A stretch of DNA of 64,000 bases from an uncultured Clostridia bacterium. Its GTDB lineage: Bacteria; Bacillota; Clostridia; Christensenellales; UBA1242. The position numbers were made by a program, and so were the translations under genes. This document shows positions 45,547-55,307 of the stretch, one piece after another (the stretch's first letter is position 1; every line of letters starts with the position of its first letter). The DNA lies in contig CAKVHV010000004.1 of the NCBI GenBank assembly GCA_934754475.1, positions 13,660 to 77,659 on the forward strand, given 5' to 3'. Below the pieces are notes generated by a model that saw nothing but the letters and a program-made list of their open reading frames with translations, was not told where the DNA came from and ran no database searches.

Positions 45547-47913
45547 CTATTTCCTTTCTTCGATATAACGTCTTATTTCACTTGCATTATCATAAACTTG
45601 AACACCATCTTTGGTTGGAACAAGTAGAGTTGGTGCTTTGGTTACTCCGCACGCTTTTGTAAATTCAGCATTGTCTTCAGCGTCAACAACATCGTATTTG
45701 ATTTTTGCTTTGTCTAGTAGCATCTTTGCCATTTTGCAATTTGGACAAGTTTTTGTCGAGAACAAAGTAATATTTTCTAATTTTTGTTCGTGACAATCAC
45801 TGCATTCACAAGTCTCAGCACTTAGTTTTGTCTTAAGTTTGCTATTTGCAATATCATAAGTTTTTCTTTCTTTGAATTCTTCGGACTTGCCATCGTTCCA
45901 GTTTTGAACTGGTCTATAATATCCTGTTATTCTTGAATAAACTTCGGCTGGAGCACCACATTCTGGGCAATTGAAATGTTCACCTGCCAAATATCCATGT
46001 GTCTTGCACACTGAATATGTTGGAGAAATGGTGTAATATGGAAGTTTGTAGTTTTCGGCAATTTTTTTAACCAAGTTCATTGTAACCTTCCAGTCTTCCA
46101 ATTTTTCACCCAAGAAAGCATGGAATACAGTGCCTGATGTATACAAAGTTTGAAGTTCGTCTTGAATATCCAAGGCTTCGAAAATATCTGAAGTAAAGTC
46201 TACTGGCAAATGTGAACTATTTGTATAGTATGGAACATTGTTATCTTTGCTAGCAGTAATAATGTCTGGGTATCTTTCTCTATCGTGTTTTGCAAGTCTA
46301 TATGAAGTACTTTCGGCTGGAGTTGCTTCCAAGTTGTATAGGTCTCCATATTTTTCTTGATAGTCACTTAGTCTATCTCTCATATGATTAAGAACTTTCT
46401 TAGTAAACTCTTGAGCAGTTTTGTGAGTCAAATCTTCGCCAATCCAAATTGCGTTTAGACATGCTTCGTTCATTCCAACAAGTCCAATTGTTGAGAAGTG
46501 ATTATTAAATGTTCCCAAATATCTCTTTGTATAAGGATATAGACCATATTCCAAAAGTTTGGTTATAATTTCTCTCTTTGTTTTGAGCGACCTTGCCGAA
46601 ATATCCATCATCTTGTCTAGTCTTTCAAAGAACTCATCTTCGGTCTTAGATAGATATGCTATTCTTGGCATATTAATTGTAACAACGCCGACACTTCCCG
46701 TGCTTTCGCCCGAACCAAAGTAACCACCAGATTTTTTTCTTAGTTCTCTCAAATCTAGTCTTAGTCTACAACACATACTTCTTACATCGCTAGGTTCCAT
46801 ATCTGAGTTGATGTAGTTTGAAAAATATGGTGTGCCATATTTGGTTGTCATTTCAAATAATAGTTTGTTGTTTTCGGTCTCTGACCAATCGAAATCACGA
46901 GTTATTGAGTAAGTTGGAATTGGATATTGGAAGCCCCTGCCATTAGCATCGCCTTCAATCATGATTTCAATAAATGCTTTGTTAACCATTGCCATTTCTT
47001 TTTGACAATCTTTGTATTTAAAGTTTTGTTCCTTGCCACCAACGATTGCATTAAGTTCTGCCAAGTCATTTGGAACAACCCAGTCAAGAGTTATGTTTGT
47101 AAATGGCGCTTGAGTTCCCCATCTTGATGGAGTATTAACACCATAAATAAAACTCTGAATACATTGTTTAACTTCTTTGTAACTTAAATTGTCTATCTTA
47201 ACAAAAGGAGCAAGATAAGTATCAAAAGACGAGAATGCTTGAGCGCCCGCCCATTCGTTTTGCATAATGCCTAGGAAATTAACCATTTGGTTGCAAAGTG
47301 TAGACAAGTGTCCGGCTGGCTTAGATGTAATCTTTCCTGGAACTCCGCCAAGACCTTCCATGATAAGTTGTTTCAAACTCCAACCTGCACAATATCCTGT
47401 AAGCATACTCAAATCGTGAATGTGAATATCTGCATTCTTGTGTGCTTGTTCGATTTCTTTGTCGTAAACTTCGCTTAGCCAGTAGTTAGCGGTGATTGCA
47501 CCAGAGTTACTAAGAATTAATCCACCAACAGAATATGTTACTGTTGAATTTTCCTTGACTCTCCAATCGGCAAAGTTAAGATATTTGTCAACTGTTTGCT
47601 TGTAGTCCATCATTGTATTTTGGATATTTCTTACTTTCTCATGGTCACGTCTATATAATATATATGCTTTGGCAACATTCTCATAGCCATTGGTCATAAG
47701 AACCTTTTCAACTATATCTTGAATGTCTTCTACACTAGGAATTTTGTCTTCGAATTGTTCCATAAGATTAAGCTCAGTTATTTTTGCCATTTTCTTACAG
47801 TCTTTGATTTCGCCATCTCCAAGCGATATCATAGCCTTGGCTATAGCATTTTCAACCTTGCCAATATCATAATCAACTAATCTTCCGTCTCTTTTTCTTA
47901 CTTTGGTAATCAT
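45547..47913 (-). CDS. nrdD: Anaerobic (class III) ribonucleoside-triphosphate reductase with C-terminal glutaredoxin/NrdH-like domain
   Basis: 788 aa. N-terminal ATP-cone, Zn ribbon CKTHGY...CPECG, glycyl-radical motif RITGYYRP. The last ~80 aa form a thioredoxin-fold domain with CPNC. Confidence 0.92.
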   Translation of the reverse strand: MITKVRKRDGRLVDYDIGKVENAIAKAMISLGDGEIKDCKKMAKITELNLMEQFEDKIPSVEDIQDIVEKVLMTNGYENVAKAYILYRRDHEKVRNIQNTMMDYKQTVDKYLNFADWRVKENSTVTYSVGGLILSNSGAITANYWLSEVYDKEIEQAHKNADIHIHDLSMLTGYCAGWSLKQLIMEGLGGVPGKITSKPAGHLSTLCNQMVNFLGIMQNEWAGAQAFSSFDTYLAPFVKIDNLSYKEVKQCIQSFIYGVNTPSRWGTQAPFTNITLDWVVPNDLAELNAIVGGKEQNFKYKDCQKEMAMVNKAFIEIMIEGDANGRGFQYPIPTYSITRDFDWSETENNKLLFEMTTKYGTPYFSNYINSDMEPSDVRSMCCRLRLDLRELRKKSGGYFGSGESTGSVGVVTINMPRIAYLSKTEDEFFERLDKMMDISARSLKTKREIITKLLEYGLYPYTKRYLGTFNNHFSTIGLVGMNEACLNAIWIGEDLTHKTAQEFTKKVLNHMRDRLSDYQEKYGDLYNLEATPAESTSYRLAKHDRERYPDIITASKDNNVPYYTNSSHLPVDFTSDIFEALDIQDELQTLYTSGTVFHAFLGEKLEDWKVTMNLVKKIAENYKLPYYTISPTYSVCKTHGYLAGEHFNCPECGAPAEVYSRITGYYRPVQNWNDGKSEEFKERKTYDIANSKLKTKLSAETCECSDCHEQKLENITLFSTKTCPNCKMAKMLLDKAKIKYDVVDAEDNAEFTKACGVTKAPTLLVPTKDGVQVYDNASEIRRYIEERK

Positions 47914-47966
47914 ATTGTTCTCCTTGAATAAGTTAAATTTTGTTTAGTTACACAAATGCCTGTCAA

Positions 47967-48014
47967 AACATATATGTTGTGTTTCTGCAATTAGGTTATC
48001 ACTACATATTGTAT
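47967..48014 (-). promoter_or_regulatory. Two candidate NrdR boxes upstream of nrdD
   Basis: On the minus strand, ATACAATATGTAGTGA (47999-48014; 13/16 to acaCwAtATaTwGtgt) and ACACAACATATATGTT (47967-47982; 12/16). The centres are 32 bp apart. Confidence 0.45.
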
Positions 48015-48163
48015 TTCGTCAAGCAATTTTAATCACAAAAATAAAATAAATTTTCTTGCAAAATTTGTTATAATTATAAAAAAAATGTCAAAAAAAGTAG
48101 TCAACTTTAAATATTGGCTACTTTTGATTGTTTTTATGTTTGAATACTCAAAATATCCAAAAA

Positions 48164-49063
48164 TTAGTTAACAGAAACTACCCCTAAAATGCCAGCATCG
48201 TTGCCTAATTTGGCAGAAGTTATCAAAACTTCGTTGGAATTTTTGTATCCAAAATGTTTATTTTTGCATAAAGAAACAGTTTTCTCTATAATTTTTGGAG
48301 CATAAGATAGTCCGCCACCAATTAAAATTACGTTTGGACGGAAGATATTACATAGATTTAGTAGATACTCAGACAAGTCATAAGTATATTCGTCCACAAT
48401 TTTTTTGGCACACTCGTCACCATTTAAATATGCTTTTTCAATAGAACTCGCTGTAATGTTTTCTTGATTGCTAAGCGACGAAGGCATTGTGCTTATAATT
48501 TCCTTTGCTCTTAGGGATAGTGCTATAGCCGACAGATATTTTTCTGCACAACCACGTCTTCCACAGTTACAAGCAATCCCGCCATTATACATTGTAACAT
48601 GTCCTAGTTCTCCTGCACCGCCAGTTCCTGTATATAATTTGTTATTAATAATAATTCCCCCACCAATTCCTGTGCCGATTGTAATTAGTATTACATTATC
48701 ATATCCTTTGCCAGCACCAAGTGTGTGTTCGGCTAGAACCGCCATATCCGCATCATTTTTGACATAAGTCTTAATGCCAAAATGATTAGTCAATATTTCA
48801 GCTAATTTACAATTAAATAGTTTTAGATTTGCACTTTCCTTAATAATCCCGTCAATTACAATTCCCGGACAACCTACTCCAAGTTTTTGTATATCACTTG
48901 TCTTTAGACTATGTTTGGAAATTATCAAGTTTACTAGTTTTTTGACCTGATTTACAACATCGTCTTTGTCGGTTGGCTCTACAATTTTATCTACAATAGT
49001 CTTATTTTTAATAAGTCCAATTTTTAAGTTTGTCCCACCAATATCTACACCAATTAAATACAT
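48164..49063 (-). CDS. ROK-family glucokinase
   Basis: GVDIGGTNLK ATP motif and Zn motif CNCGRRGCAEKY. Start moved to ATG 49063 (AAGGA RBS); the longer tracked ORF would overlap the upstream gene. Confidence 0.85.
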   Translation of the reverse strand: MYLIGVDIGGTNLKIGLIKNKTIVDKIVEPTDKDDVVNQVKKLVNLIISKHSLKTSDIQKLGVGCPGIVIDGIIKESANLKLFNCKLAEILTNHFGIKTYVKNDADMAVLAEHTLGAGKGYDNVILITIGTGIGGGIIINNKLYTGTGGAGELGHVTMYNGGIACNCGRRGCAEKYLSAIALSLRAKEIISTMPSSLSNQENITASSIEKAYLNGDECAKKIVDEYTYDLSEYLLNLCNIFRPNVILIGGGLSYAPKIIEKTVSLCKNKHFGYKNSNEVLITSAKLGNDAGILGVVSVN

Positions 49064-49076
49064 AATTATTCCTTTT

Positions 49077-50255
49077 TTATGCCACCAAAATTTTTCTATT
49101 TTCCAAATACTTTTCAAACGAAAGTGAAAGTGTAGATGGCATATCTTCACCACACGTAAAGTTATAAGTCAAATCTGGATTTTCCAAATTAAACTCCAAG
49201 CCACTTCCCAAATTTAGAGTTATTAGTCCATTTGTGTCATTTCTATAAACTTTGAGATTGCTGTCATATCCGGACAAAATATTCAAAGTCTCGGGATGTG
49301 GGTGTTTGAATTTATTTTTGAACCCACACTGAATAACAGCATACTCAGGGTCAATTGACTCAATAAACTCAGAAGTTGTTGCATTTCTACTTCCATGATG
49401 TCCCACTTTCAAAACATCTACATTGTTTGAACTGCCATAATTATCTACATACTCAGAGAGCATTTTTTCTTCGGCATCGCCAGTAAACATAATAGTTTTG
49501 TCTCTAAATTTAAGCATTACTAGTGGTGAATAGTTATTTGGGTCGGAATATTTAACTTGAGATTTGTCCGCAACTGGAGTCAAAAAGTCAAAAGTATAAG
49601 TGTATTCAGTTCCATTAAAGACAACTTTATTTGAAAAGTCGCTATCTTTGTTGACTATTTCGACTGGGCATTTTTCGTTGTAAGCAGACACCATAAAGTT
49701 TGCATAAACTTGAGATGTTGCTACATATCCACCTTCGGTTTTTGTATTGAAGTCACTAGTCAAACTAGAACTTATGGAATTGTCGCTATAATTATTTGGT
49801 CTAAATATATACTTGATTTCATAAGTGTCAATAACCCACGACATATTCCCTACGTGGTCAGAGTCGGCATGAGTCAAAAGCAAATAATCAAACTTTTGGA
49901 TATTCTTGCTATCGGTAAAATTCTTAATTGCGTTTTTTGCACTATTACTTTTGTCTCCACTGTCGATTATCATATTTTTGCCATCGGGAAGTTCTACAAT
50001 CATTGAGTCACCCTGCCCAACATTCAAAAAATTAACTTTAATATCTTTGAGTGTGCTAACTTCGGTCACATATCCGCCGGCTGTAGAGAGTGTTGGCTCT
50101 TCACCTTTTTTGAAAAACTTATCTAGCCAGCCTTTGTAATAAGCAAAGAATAATAGTCCAATAATTATAATCAGCAAAATAGTGACAAGCACAATATTTT
50201 TTCCTACAAACTTGCCGACTTTTTGTTTTTGTCTTTTTGTTAATCTCTTTGCCAT
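49077..50255 (-). CDS. Membrane-anchored ComEC/Rec2-type metallo-beta-lactamase-fold hydrolase, without the competence channel domain
   Basis: Single N-terminal TM helix, then an MBL domain (VGQGDS, THADSDHVGN, VGHHGS). Start at ATG 50255 with an AAGGAG RBS. Confidence 0.7.
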   Translation of the reverse strand: MAKRLTKRQKQKVGKFVGKNIVLVTILLIIIIGLLFFAYYKGWLDKFFKKGEEPTLSTAGGYVTEVSTLKDIKVNFLNVGQGDSMIVELPDGKNMIIDSGDKSNSAKNAIKNFTDSKNIQKFDYLLLTHADSDHVGNMSWVIDTYEIKYIFRPNNYSDNSISSSLTSDFNTKTEGGYVATSQVYANFMVSAYNEKCPVEIVNKDSDFSNKVVFNGTEYTYTFDFLTPVADKSQVKYSDPNNYSPLVMLKFRDKTIMFTGDAEEKMLSEYVDNYGSSNNVDVLKVGHHGSRNATTSEFIESIDPEYAVIQCGFKNKFKHPHPETLNILSGYDSNLKVYRNDTNGLITLNLGSGLEFNLENPDLTYNFTCGEDMPSTLSLSFEKYLENRKILVA

Positions 50256-50449
50256 AATTCTCCTTTTTATGTTAAGCATAAAACTATTTATATTTTTATA
50301 TAAAATACTCAAGTTTGTCAAACAATGTGCAACGAAAAAAATTTATTTTAAATGTTTTGAAATTTTGAAAAACTAATATATACTAATTATATCTTTTGTG
50401 AAAGATACTTAATTTCACTACTATTTTTTAAGCTTAAAGGAGAATACTT

Positions 50450-51355
50450 ATGAAAAAAGACGTAATAATAGATTGCGACCCAGGGATTGATGATGCAATA
50501 GCACTTGCACTTGCAACATATTCAAAAAATTTAAACATTAAACTTATCACCACTGTATGCGGGAATGTAACAATAGACAAGATTACAAAAAACACTCTTA
50601 ATTTTTTGCAAGCAATTAATGTAAGAGACATTCCTGTTGCAATTGGTGCTGAAAAACCTATTGCTAGACAAAAAGACAACACAATTCAAGCGCACGGTAA
50701 ATCTGGACTTGGTGATTGGAAGTTCCCAAAATGCGAACTAAAACCTTGCAAAGAAAATGCAGTTGAAAAGATGCACGAAGTACTAGTTAATGCAGACAAA
50801 AAGATAATAATAATTGCTTTGGGACCTGTAACTAATATTGCAATGCTACTTATGAAGTATCCCGAAGTCAAGGAAAAAATTGATTACATTTTGTTTAGTG
50901 GCGGACTACTTCTTGACAATCAAAATAGTAGATATATAGGATTTAATGTAATGCAAGACCCCGAAGCTACTGATGTAGTTTGGAAGTCGGGAGTTAAACT
51001 TGTTGTTTGTCCTAGCGACCATGGTCATTATGCTTATCTTAACCGCAAGGAAATTGAAAAGACAGATAAAATTGGCAAGACTGGTCACATGCTACACGAA
51101 ATTTACAAGAGTTACAAAGATACACATGTAGCGGTTGGAATTGCTTCGCACGATGCTTGTGCTGTTGCATATGCTATTAATCCAAAAATCTTTAAGACAG
51201 AAGAAATGTATACTTATGTTAATTTCTTGAAAAAAGAAAAAACAGCAGTGCTTAATTTTGATATAACCCAAAAACCAAATACACTAGTTGTTACATACAT
51301 GGATGGCAAAAAATACAAAGATATGTATTTCAAGACTCTCAAGAAAATGCCTTAA
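50450..51355 (+). CDS. Nucleoside hydrolase (IUNH family)
   Basis: 301 aa. N-terminal DCDPGIDDAIAL aspartate cluster. AGGAGA RBS. Confidence 0.88.
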   Translation: MKKDVIIDCDPGIDDAIALALATYSKNLNIKLITTVCGNVTIDKITKNTLNFLQAINVRDIPVAIGAEKPIARQKDNTIQAHGKSGLGDWKFPKCELKPCKENAVEKMHEVLVNADKKIIIIALGPVTNIAMLLMKYPEVKEKIDYILFSGGLLLDNQNSRYIGFNVMQDPEATDVVWKSGVKLVVCPSDHGHYAYLNRKEIEKTDKIGKTGHMLHEIYKSYKDTHVAVGIASHDACAVAYAINPKIFKTEEMYTYVNFLKKEKTAVLNFDITQKPNTLVVTYMDGKKYKDMYFKTLKKMP

Positions 51356-51403
51356 TTTAATATCAAAAAAGAACTCCATTTAAATATTGGAGTTCTTTTT
51401 TAT

Positions 51404-53767
51404 TTACATTTTAAGGCTAATGTCATTTTTTGCAAAAGTATCTATAACTAATTTGTGGAAGTTTTCAATCTCTTCGCCAGATAGAGTTCTATCTGCCCTG
51501 CCTATAACATAATGAAGAGTGTAACTCAAATAGTCATTGTTGTTATCAAAAATATCAAGCAAAGATACTTTGTAGTTAATATCTGAATTTATAGAATTAG
51601 CAATTTTTTCAATCTCGCTATAATTCATATTTTTGTTTATTAGGAAGTTGAAGTCAAGTTCGCTTACTGGATATTTAGAAACTGTCTCAAATGAAACCAC
51701 TTGTTTTGGAACAGTGATGAGTTTTGTAAAGTCAATCTCAGAAGTTACAATTTGGCACTTGCCAATAAGACTACTTGTTGCTGGATGAATCATTCCAATA
51801 AATCCAATATTTAGGTCTCCCGCATAAATATCATAATAATTAACAGGCGACATGTAATTGTCTTTTGGCTCGGATTTAACAAACTTGATTGGTGTCAAAA
51901 GAACTTCGTTACATGTATATTCTAACATTTCTTTGAGTTCTACTAGTCTTTGGACATTCTCATTTTTGTTATACAAAGTTACACATAATTTTTTGTGTTC
52001 AATACTTTGGTTATTTCCGTCCAGTCCCACAACCGCACTGCCTATTTCAAATACACCAAAGTCGCTATAGTCTTCCTTGTTGTCAATGACCGCTTTGAGT
52101 TGAGATGGAACAAGAGTTGAACGTAATTCGTCGTTGTATTTTTGCAAAGAATTAATAACTCTAAGATAACTAGTAGGCTTAATTCCAAGCATTTTGTTTG
52201 TCTCATAGTCGTACCACAAATATGTGTGGATTTCGCTTAGATTAAACTTGGTTGCAAGTGTATATTTAATATCATATTCGTCGGCAATTTTTCGTTGTAA
52301 ATCTACTGGAATAACATCCATGTTACAACTCTTTGGCTTAATATTATCGTAGCCATAAATACGACCAACTTCTTCGACGATATCTGGTTTTCCCTGAATA
52401 TCCTTGGTTGCTCTAAAAGACGGAACGTCAATTTGCAAGTTGCCATTTCCAAGTCTAGTTACTTCAAAATCAAGTGCTCTAAGAGTATTTACTACAAACT
52501 CTTCGTCAAGTTCAACACCCATGTAGTTATTTATATAATCCATTGAAATCTCAATAGTCTTTTTGTCATAATGGAAGTTGTAAACATCGGTTATATCCGA
52601 AGTCACCACCGCACCACTATCTATCTTTTGAACAAGATAAATATAACGAGCAAGTGCAGTCATAGTAAGTTCGGGGTCAAGAGATTTTTCGTATCTAGCA
52701 CTTGCTTCGGTTCTTAGTCCCAAAGCGGTTGCTGTACGTCTAACCTTGGCTGGATGGAAACATGCAGATTCAATAAGTACACTATTTGTATTATCCTTTA
52801 TTTCGCTATCTAGTCCGCCCATTACACCCGCAACTGCTGAGATTTCACCATTTCCAAGTATAACCATTGTATCCTTTGGAAGTACTCTTTCGGTATTGTC
52901 GAGAGTTACAAATTTAGTATCGCTTTCAACATTTTTGACTTCAATACTTTTGACCAAGTCATTATTAAATGCGTGCATTGGTTGACCAAGTTCTAGCATT
53001 ACATAATTAGTAACATCGGCAAGCATATTAATTGCTCTCATGCCTGTATAGAAAAGTCTAATTTGCATTTCCATTGGAGATACATTTTTTGAAATTCCAG
53101 ACATTGTAGCAGATGTATATCTAAAGCAAGTATCAGAATTAACTTTTATGTCTAACTTATCCAAATTTGATGTGTCTTTTTCAAACACATCAAGTTTTTT
53201 GAGTGGTCTTCCGGTTAGTGCCGAAATTTCTCTTGCAATTCCATAATGTCCCCAAAGGTCAGGTCTATTTGTCAAACTCTTGTTGTCTATTTCAAAAACA
53301 ATATCTTCAATAGACAATATTTCCTTGACATCAACACCCAATTTTGTGTTGGCATCAAACTCATAAAGTCCACTATGGTCATCCGAAATTCCAAGTTCTT
53401 TGGCACTACAACACATTCCATTAGATGTAACTCCCGCCAAATTAGCAGGTGCAATTGTCATGCCAGCAATAGTAGCACCAATTGTAGCCAAAGGCACAAT
53501 CATGCCAACTCTTACATTTGGAGCGCCACAAACTATATCTACAATTTCGTCACCTTTATCCACTTTGAGAATATGTAGTTTATTAGACTTTGGGTGGTTT
53601 TCAACACTAATTATCTTGGCAGTTACGACACCACTTAAGTCTTTGCCTTTTTCTTCAATTCCTTCGATTTCAGCAACAGCAAGAGTAAATCTATTTTTAA
53701 TAAGATTAATAATATCTATGCCGTCCAAATCAACAAAGTCTTTTATCCAATTTAATGAAATATACAT
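51404..53767 (-). CDS. pheT: Phenylalanine--tRNA ligase beta subunit
   Basis: 787 aa. N-terminal tRNA-binding domain, B3/4 and B5 blocks. Immediately downstream of pheS. Confidence 0.95.
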   Translation of the reverse strand: MYISLNWIKDFVDLDGIDIINLIKNRFTLAVAEIEGIEEKGKDLSGVVTAKIISVENHPKSNKLHILKVDKGDEIVDIVCGAPNVRVGMIVPLATIGATIAGMTIAPANLAGVTSNGMCCSAKELGISDDHSGLYEFDANTKLGVDVKEILSIEDIVFEIDNKSLTNRPDLWGHYGIAREISALTGRPLKKLDVFEKDTSNLDKLDIKVNSDTCFRYTSATMSGISKNVSPMEMQIRLFYTGMRAINMLADVTNYVMLELGQPMHAFNNDLVKSIEVKNVESDTKFVTLDNTERVLPKDTMVILGNGEISAVAGVMGGLDSEIKDNTNSVLIESACFHPAKVRRTATALGLRTEASARYEKSLDPELTMTALARYIYLVQKIDSGAVVTSDITDVYNFHYDKKTIEISMDYINNYMGVELDEEFVVNTLRALDFEVTRLGNGNLQIDVPSFRATKDIQGKPDIVEEVGRIYGYDNIKPKSCNMDVIPVDLQRKIADEYDIKYTLATKFNLSEIHTYLWYDYETNKMLGIKPTSYLRVINSLQKYNDELRSTLVPSQLKAVIDNKEDYSDFGVFEIGSAVVGLDGNNQSIEHKKLCVTLYNKNENVQRLVELKEMLEYTCNEVLLTPIKFVKSEPKDNYMSPVNYYDIYAGDLNIGFIGMIHPATSSLIGKCQIVTSEIDFTKLITVPKQVVSFETVSKYPVSELDFNFLINKNMNYSEIEKIANSINSDINYKVSLLDIFDNNNDYLSYTLHYVIGRADRTLSGEEIENFHKLVIDTFAKNDISLKM

Positions 53768-53777
53768 AATTTACTCC

Positions 53778-54803
53778 TTACTTAATTTTTGCTTGTTTTA
53801 GTTCTTTGAGTTTGCAACCATTCATTACTCTAATGGTTGAAATATTTTTGTTCATCATAGCGAGTCTACTTAGTCCCAAACCAAACGCAAATCCTTGGTA
53901 TTTATTAGTATCAATTCCGCCCATTTTGAGAACTTCGGGATGAATCATTCCACATGGGCAAAGTTCAATCCAGCCACCTTGTTTACAAACTTTGCAACCC
54001 TTTCCACCACAATATGGACACGAGCAATCAAGTTCAAAACTAGGTTCGGTAAATGGGAAAAATCCCGGTCTTAGTCTTACATCAATTTCCTTGCCGAAAA
54101 CTTCGGTTAACATTGTTTTCATAAAGAAAATTAGATTGGCAATATTAATGTTTTCGTCAATCACCATTCCTTCGCATTGCCAGAATGTTGTATCATGAGA
54201 TGCATCAACCGCTTCGTTACGATAACATCTACCTGGGAAAATGGCTCTAAGTGGTGCACCATATTTCTTCATAACCCTATTTTGGTTTGCCGAAGTGTGA
54301 GTTCTAAGAACCTGACCGTTGTCTAGCCAGAAAGTATCTTGAGTATCCCTTGCTGGGTGGTCCTTTGGAACATTAACTGCTTCAAAGTTGTTGTATTCGG
54401 TTTCAACTTCAAATCCGTCTTCAACGATAAAGCCCATTGACCTAAATACTTCAATAACCTTTTTGGAAGCAATTGTAATTGGATGCAAACTACCCATTTC
54501 TTTGGAATATGGCACTGTTAAATCAACAAGCTTTGTATTTTTAAGTTTGTTTTCAAGCATCTTTCTTTGAATTTTGTCTTTTAGATTTTGAAGTCCAGTT
54601 TCAATTGTAACTTTTAGTTTGTTAACCGCTTCACCATAAGACTTTTTCTGGTCATTTGGAATATCCTTAATTTGTTTCATAGCATCAGTCACTTGACCAT
54701 TTTTGCCCAAAAATTCAAGTCTTAGGCTATCCAAGTCTTCGTTGGATTTTGCGTCATTTATTTTGTTTTGGAATTTTTGTAAAATTTCTTCAATCTTTGT
54801 CAT
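53778..54803 (-). CDS. pheS: Phenylalanine--tRNA ligase alpha subunit
   Basis: 341 aa from ATG 54803 (GGAGAG RBS). Class II motifs (FPGRCYR, GFAFGLGLSRL). The 23 extra codons of the tracked ORF are the T-box terminator region. Confidence 0.95.
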   Translation of the reverse strand: MTKIEEILQKFQNKINDAKSNEDLDSLRLEFLGKNGQVTDAMKQIKDIPNDQKKSYGEAVNKLKVTIETGLQNLKDKIQRKMLENKLKNTKLVDLTVPYSKEMGSLHPITIASKKVIEVFRSMGFIVEDGFEVETEYNNFEAVNVPKDHPARDTQDTFWLDNGQVLRTHTSANQNRVMKKYGAPLRAIFPGRCYRNEAVDASHDTTFWQCEGMVIDENINIANLIFFMKTMLTEVFGKEIDVRLRPGFFPFTEPSFELDCSCPYCGGKGCKVCKQGGWIELCPCGMIHPEVLKMGGIDTNKYQGFAFGLGLSRLAMMNKNISTIRVMNGCKLKELKQAKIK

Positions 54804-54817
54804 AATCTCTCCTTTTC

Positions 54818-55078
54818 TAAAAAAATCCCTATGGCAAATAGCCATAGGGACGAATTTTAATCGTGGTACCACCCTAGTTCAAAAGGTTAAACCTTTTCTC
54901 AATTTCAGTTTGTGTCACGGCAAACCAACCCGTCTAGTCATTTCCTACTAGCAACTCCAATGTGCGAAATTCGTATGTGTACTAACTTCAAATTACTTTC
55001 AGCCGGTGGTAATTTGTCTCTGGAATATTTAAGTATTACACAAACTACTAATATACATTATCTTAGCATTTTGAAACT
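54818..55078 (-). promoter_or_regulatory. T-box riboswitch leader (Phe) of pheST
   Basis: On the minus strand: AGGGTGGTACCACG T-box sequence (54862-54875), terminator stem tccctatggc / gccataggga (54826-54850) plus U-run, AGAGA bulge motif in stem I, and candidate UUC specifier at 54966-54968 followed by G. Confidence 0.85.
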
Positions 55079-55084
55079 AATGTA

Positions 55085-55113
55085 ATTTTAGCATGCTCAA
55101 GTGCTTATGTCAA
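55085..55113 (-). promoter_or_regulatory. Promoter of the pheST T-box leader
   Basis: On the minus strand: TTGACA (55108-55113), 17-nt spacer, TAAAAT (55085-55090). Confidence 0.65.
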
Positions 55114-55249
55114 CAGTTTTGGTCAAATCTCAATAACAAAGTTTTGAAGTTTGTTGTAAGCCCAAAAAAATAAAAAGCCCAAAGGCAAAGAAATACTACT
55201 AAATTTTAAAATTGCAAACAAATAAACAAAATAACCGCATACTATGAAG

Positions 55250-55278
55250 TAGACAAAATAAATATCTTAGGATATAGT
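55250..55278 (+). promoter_or_regulatory. Candidate promoter of the Cys-rich peptide gene
   Basis: TAGACA (55250-55255), 17-nt spacer, TATAGT (55273-55278). Confidence 0.4.
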
Positions 55279-55307
55279 TTGTCTAAAAAACTTTAGGAGA
55301 AATAGAT

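Noticed and set aside
49064-49153. 30-codon extension of the glucokinase ORF (and 50256-50321 for the MBL gene, 60672-60719 for the GT2 gene)
   Set aside because: The extensions overlap the preceding gene or lack an RBS. Internal ATGs are preceded by AAGGA/AAGGAG and give N-termini that match the family pattern (for example MYLIGVDIGGT).
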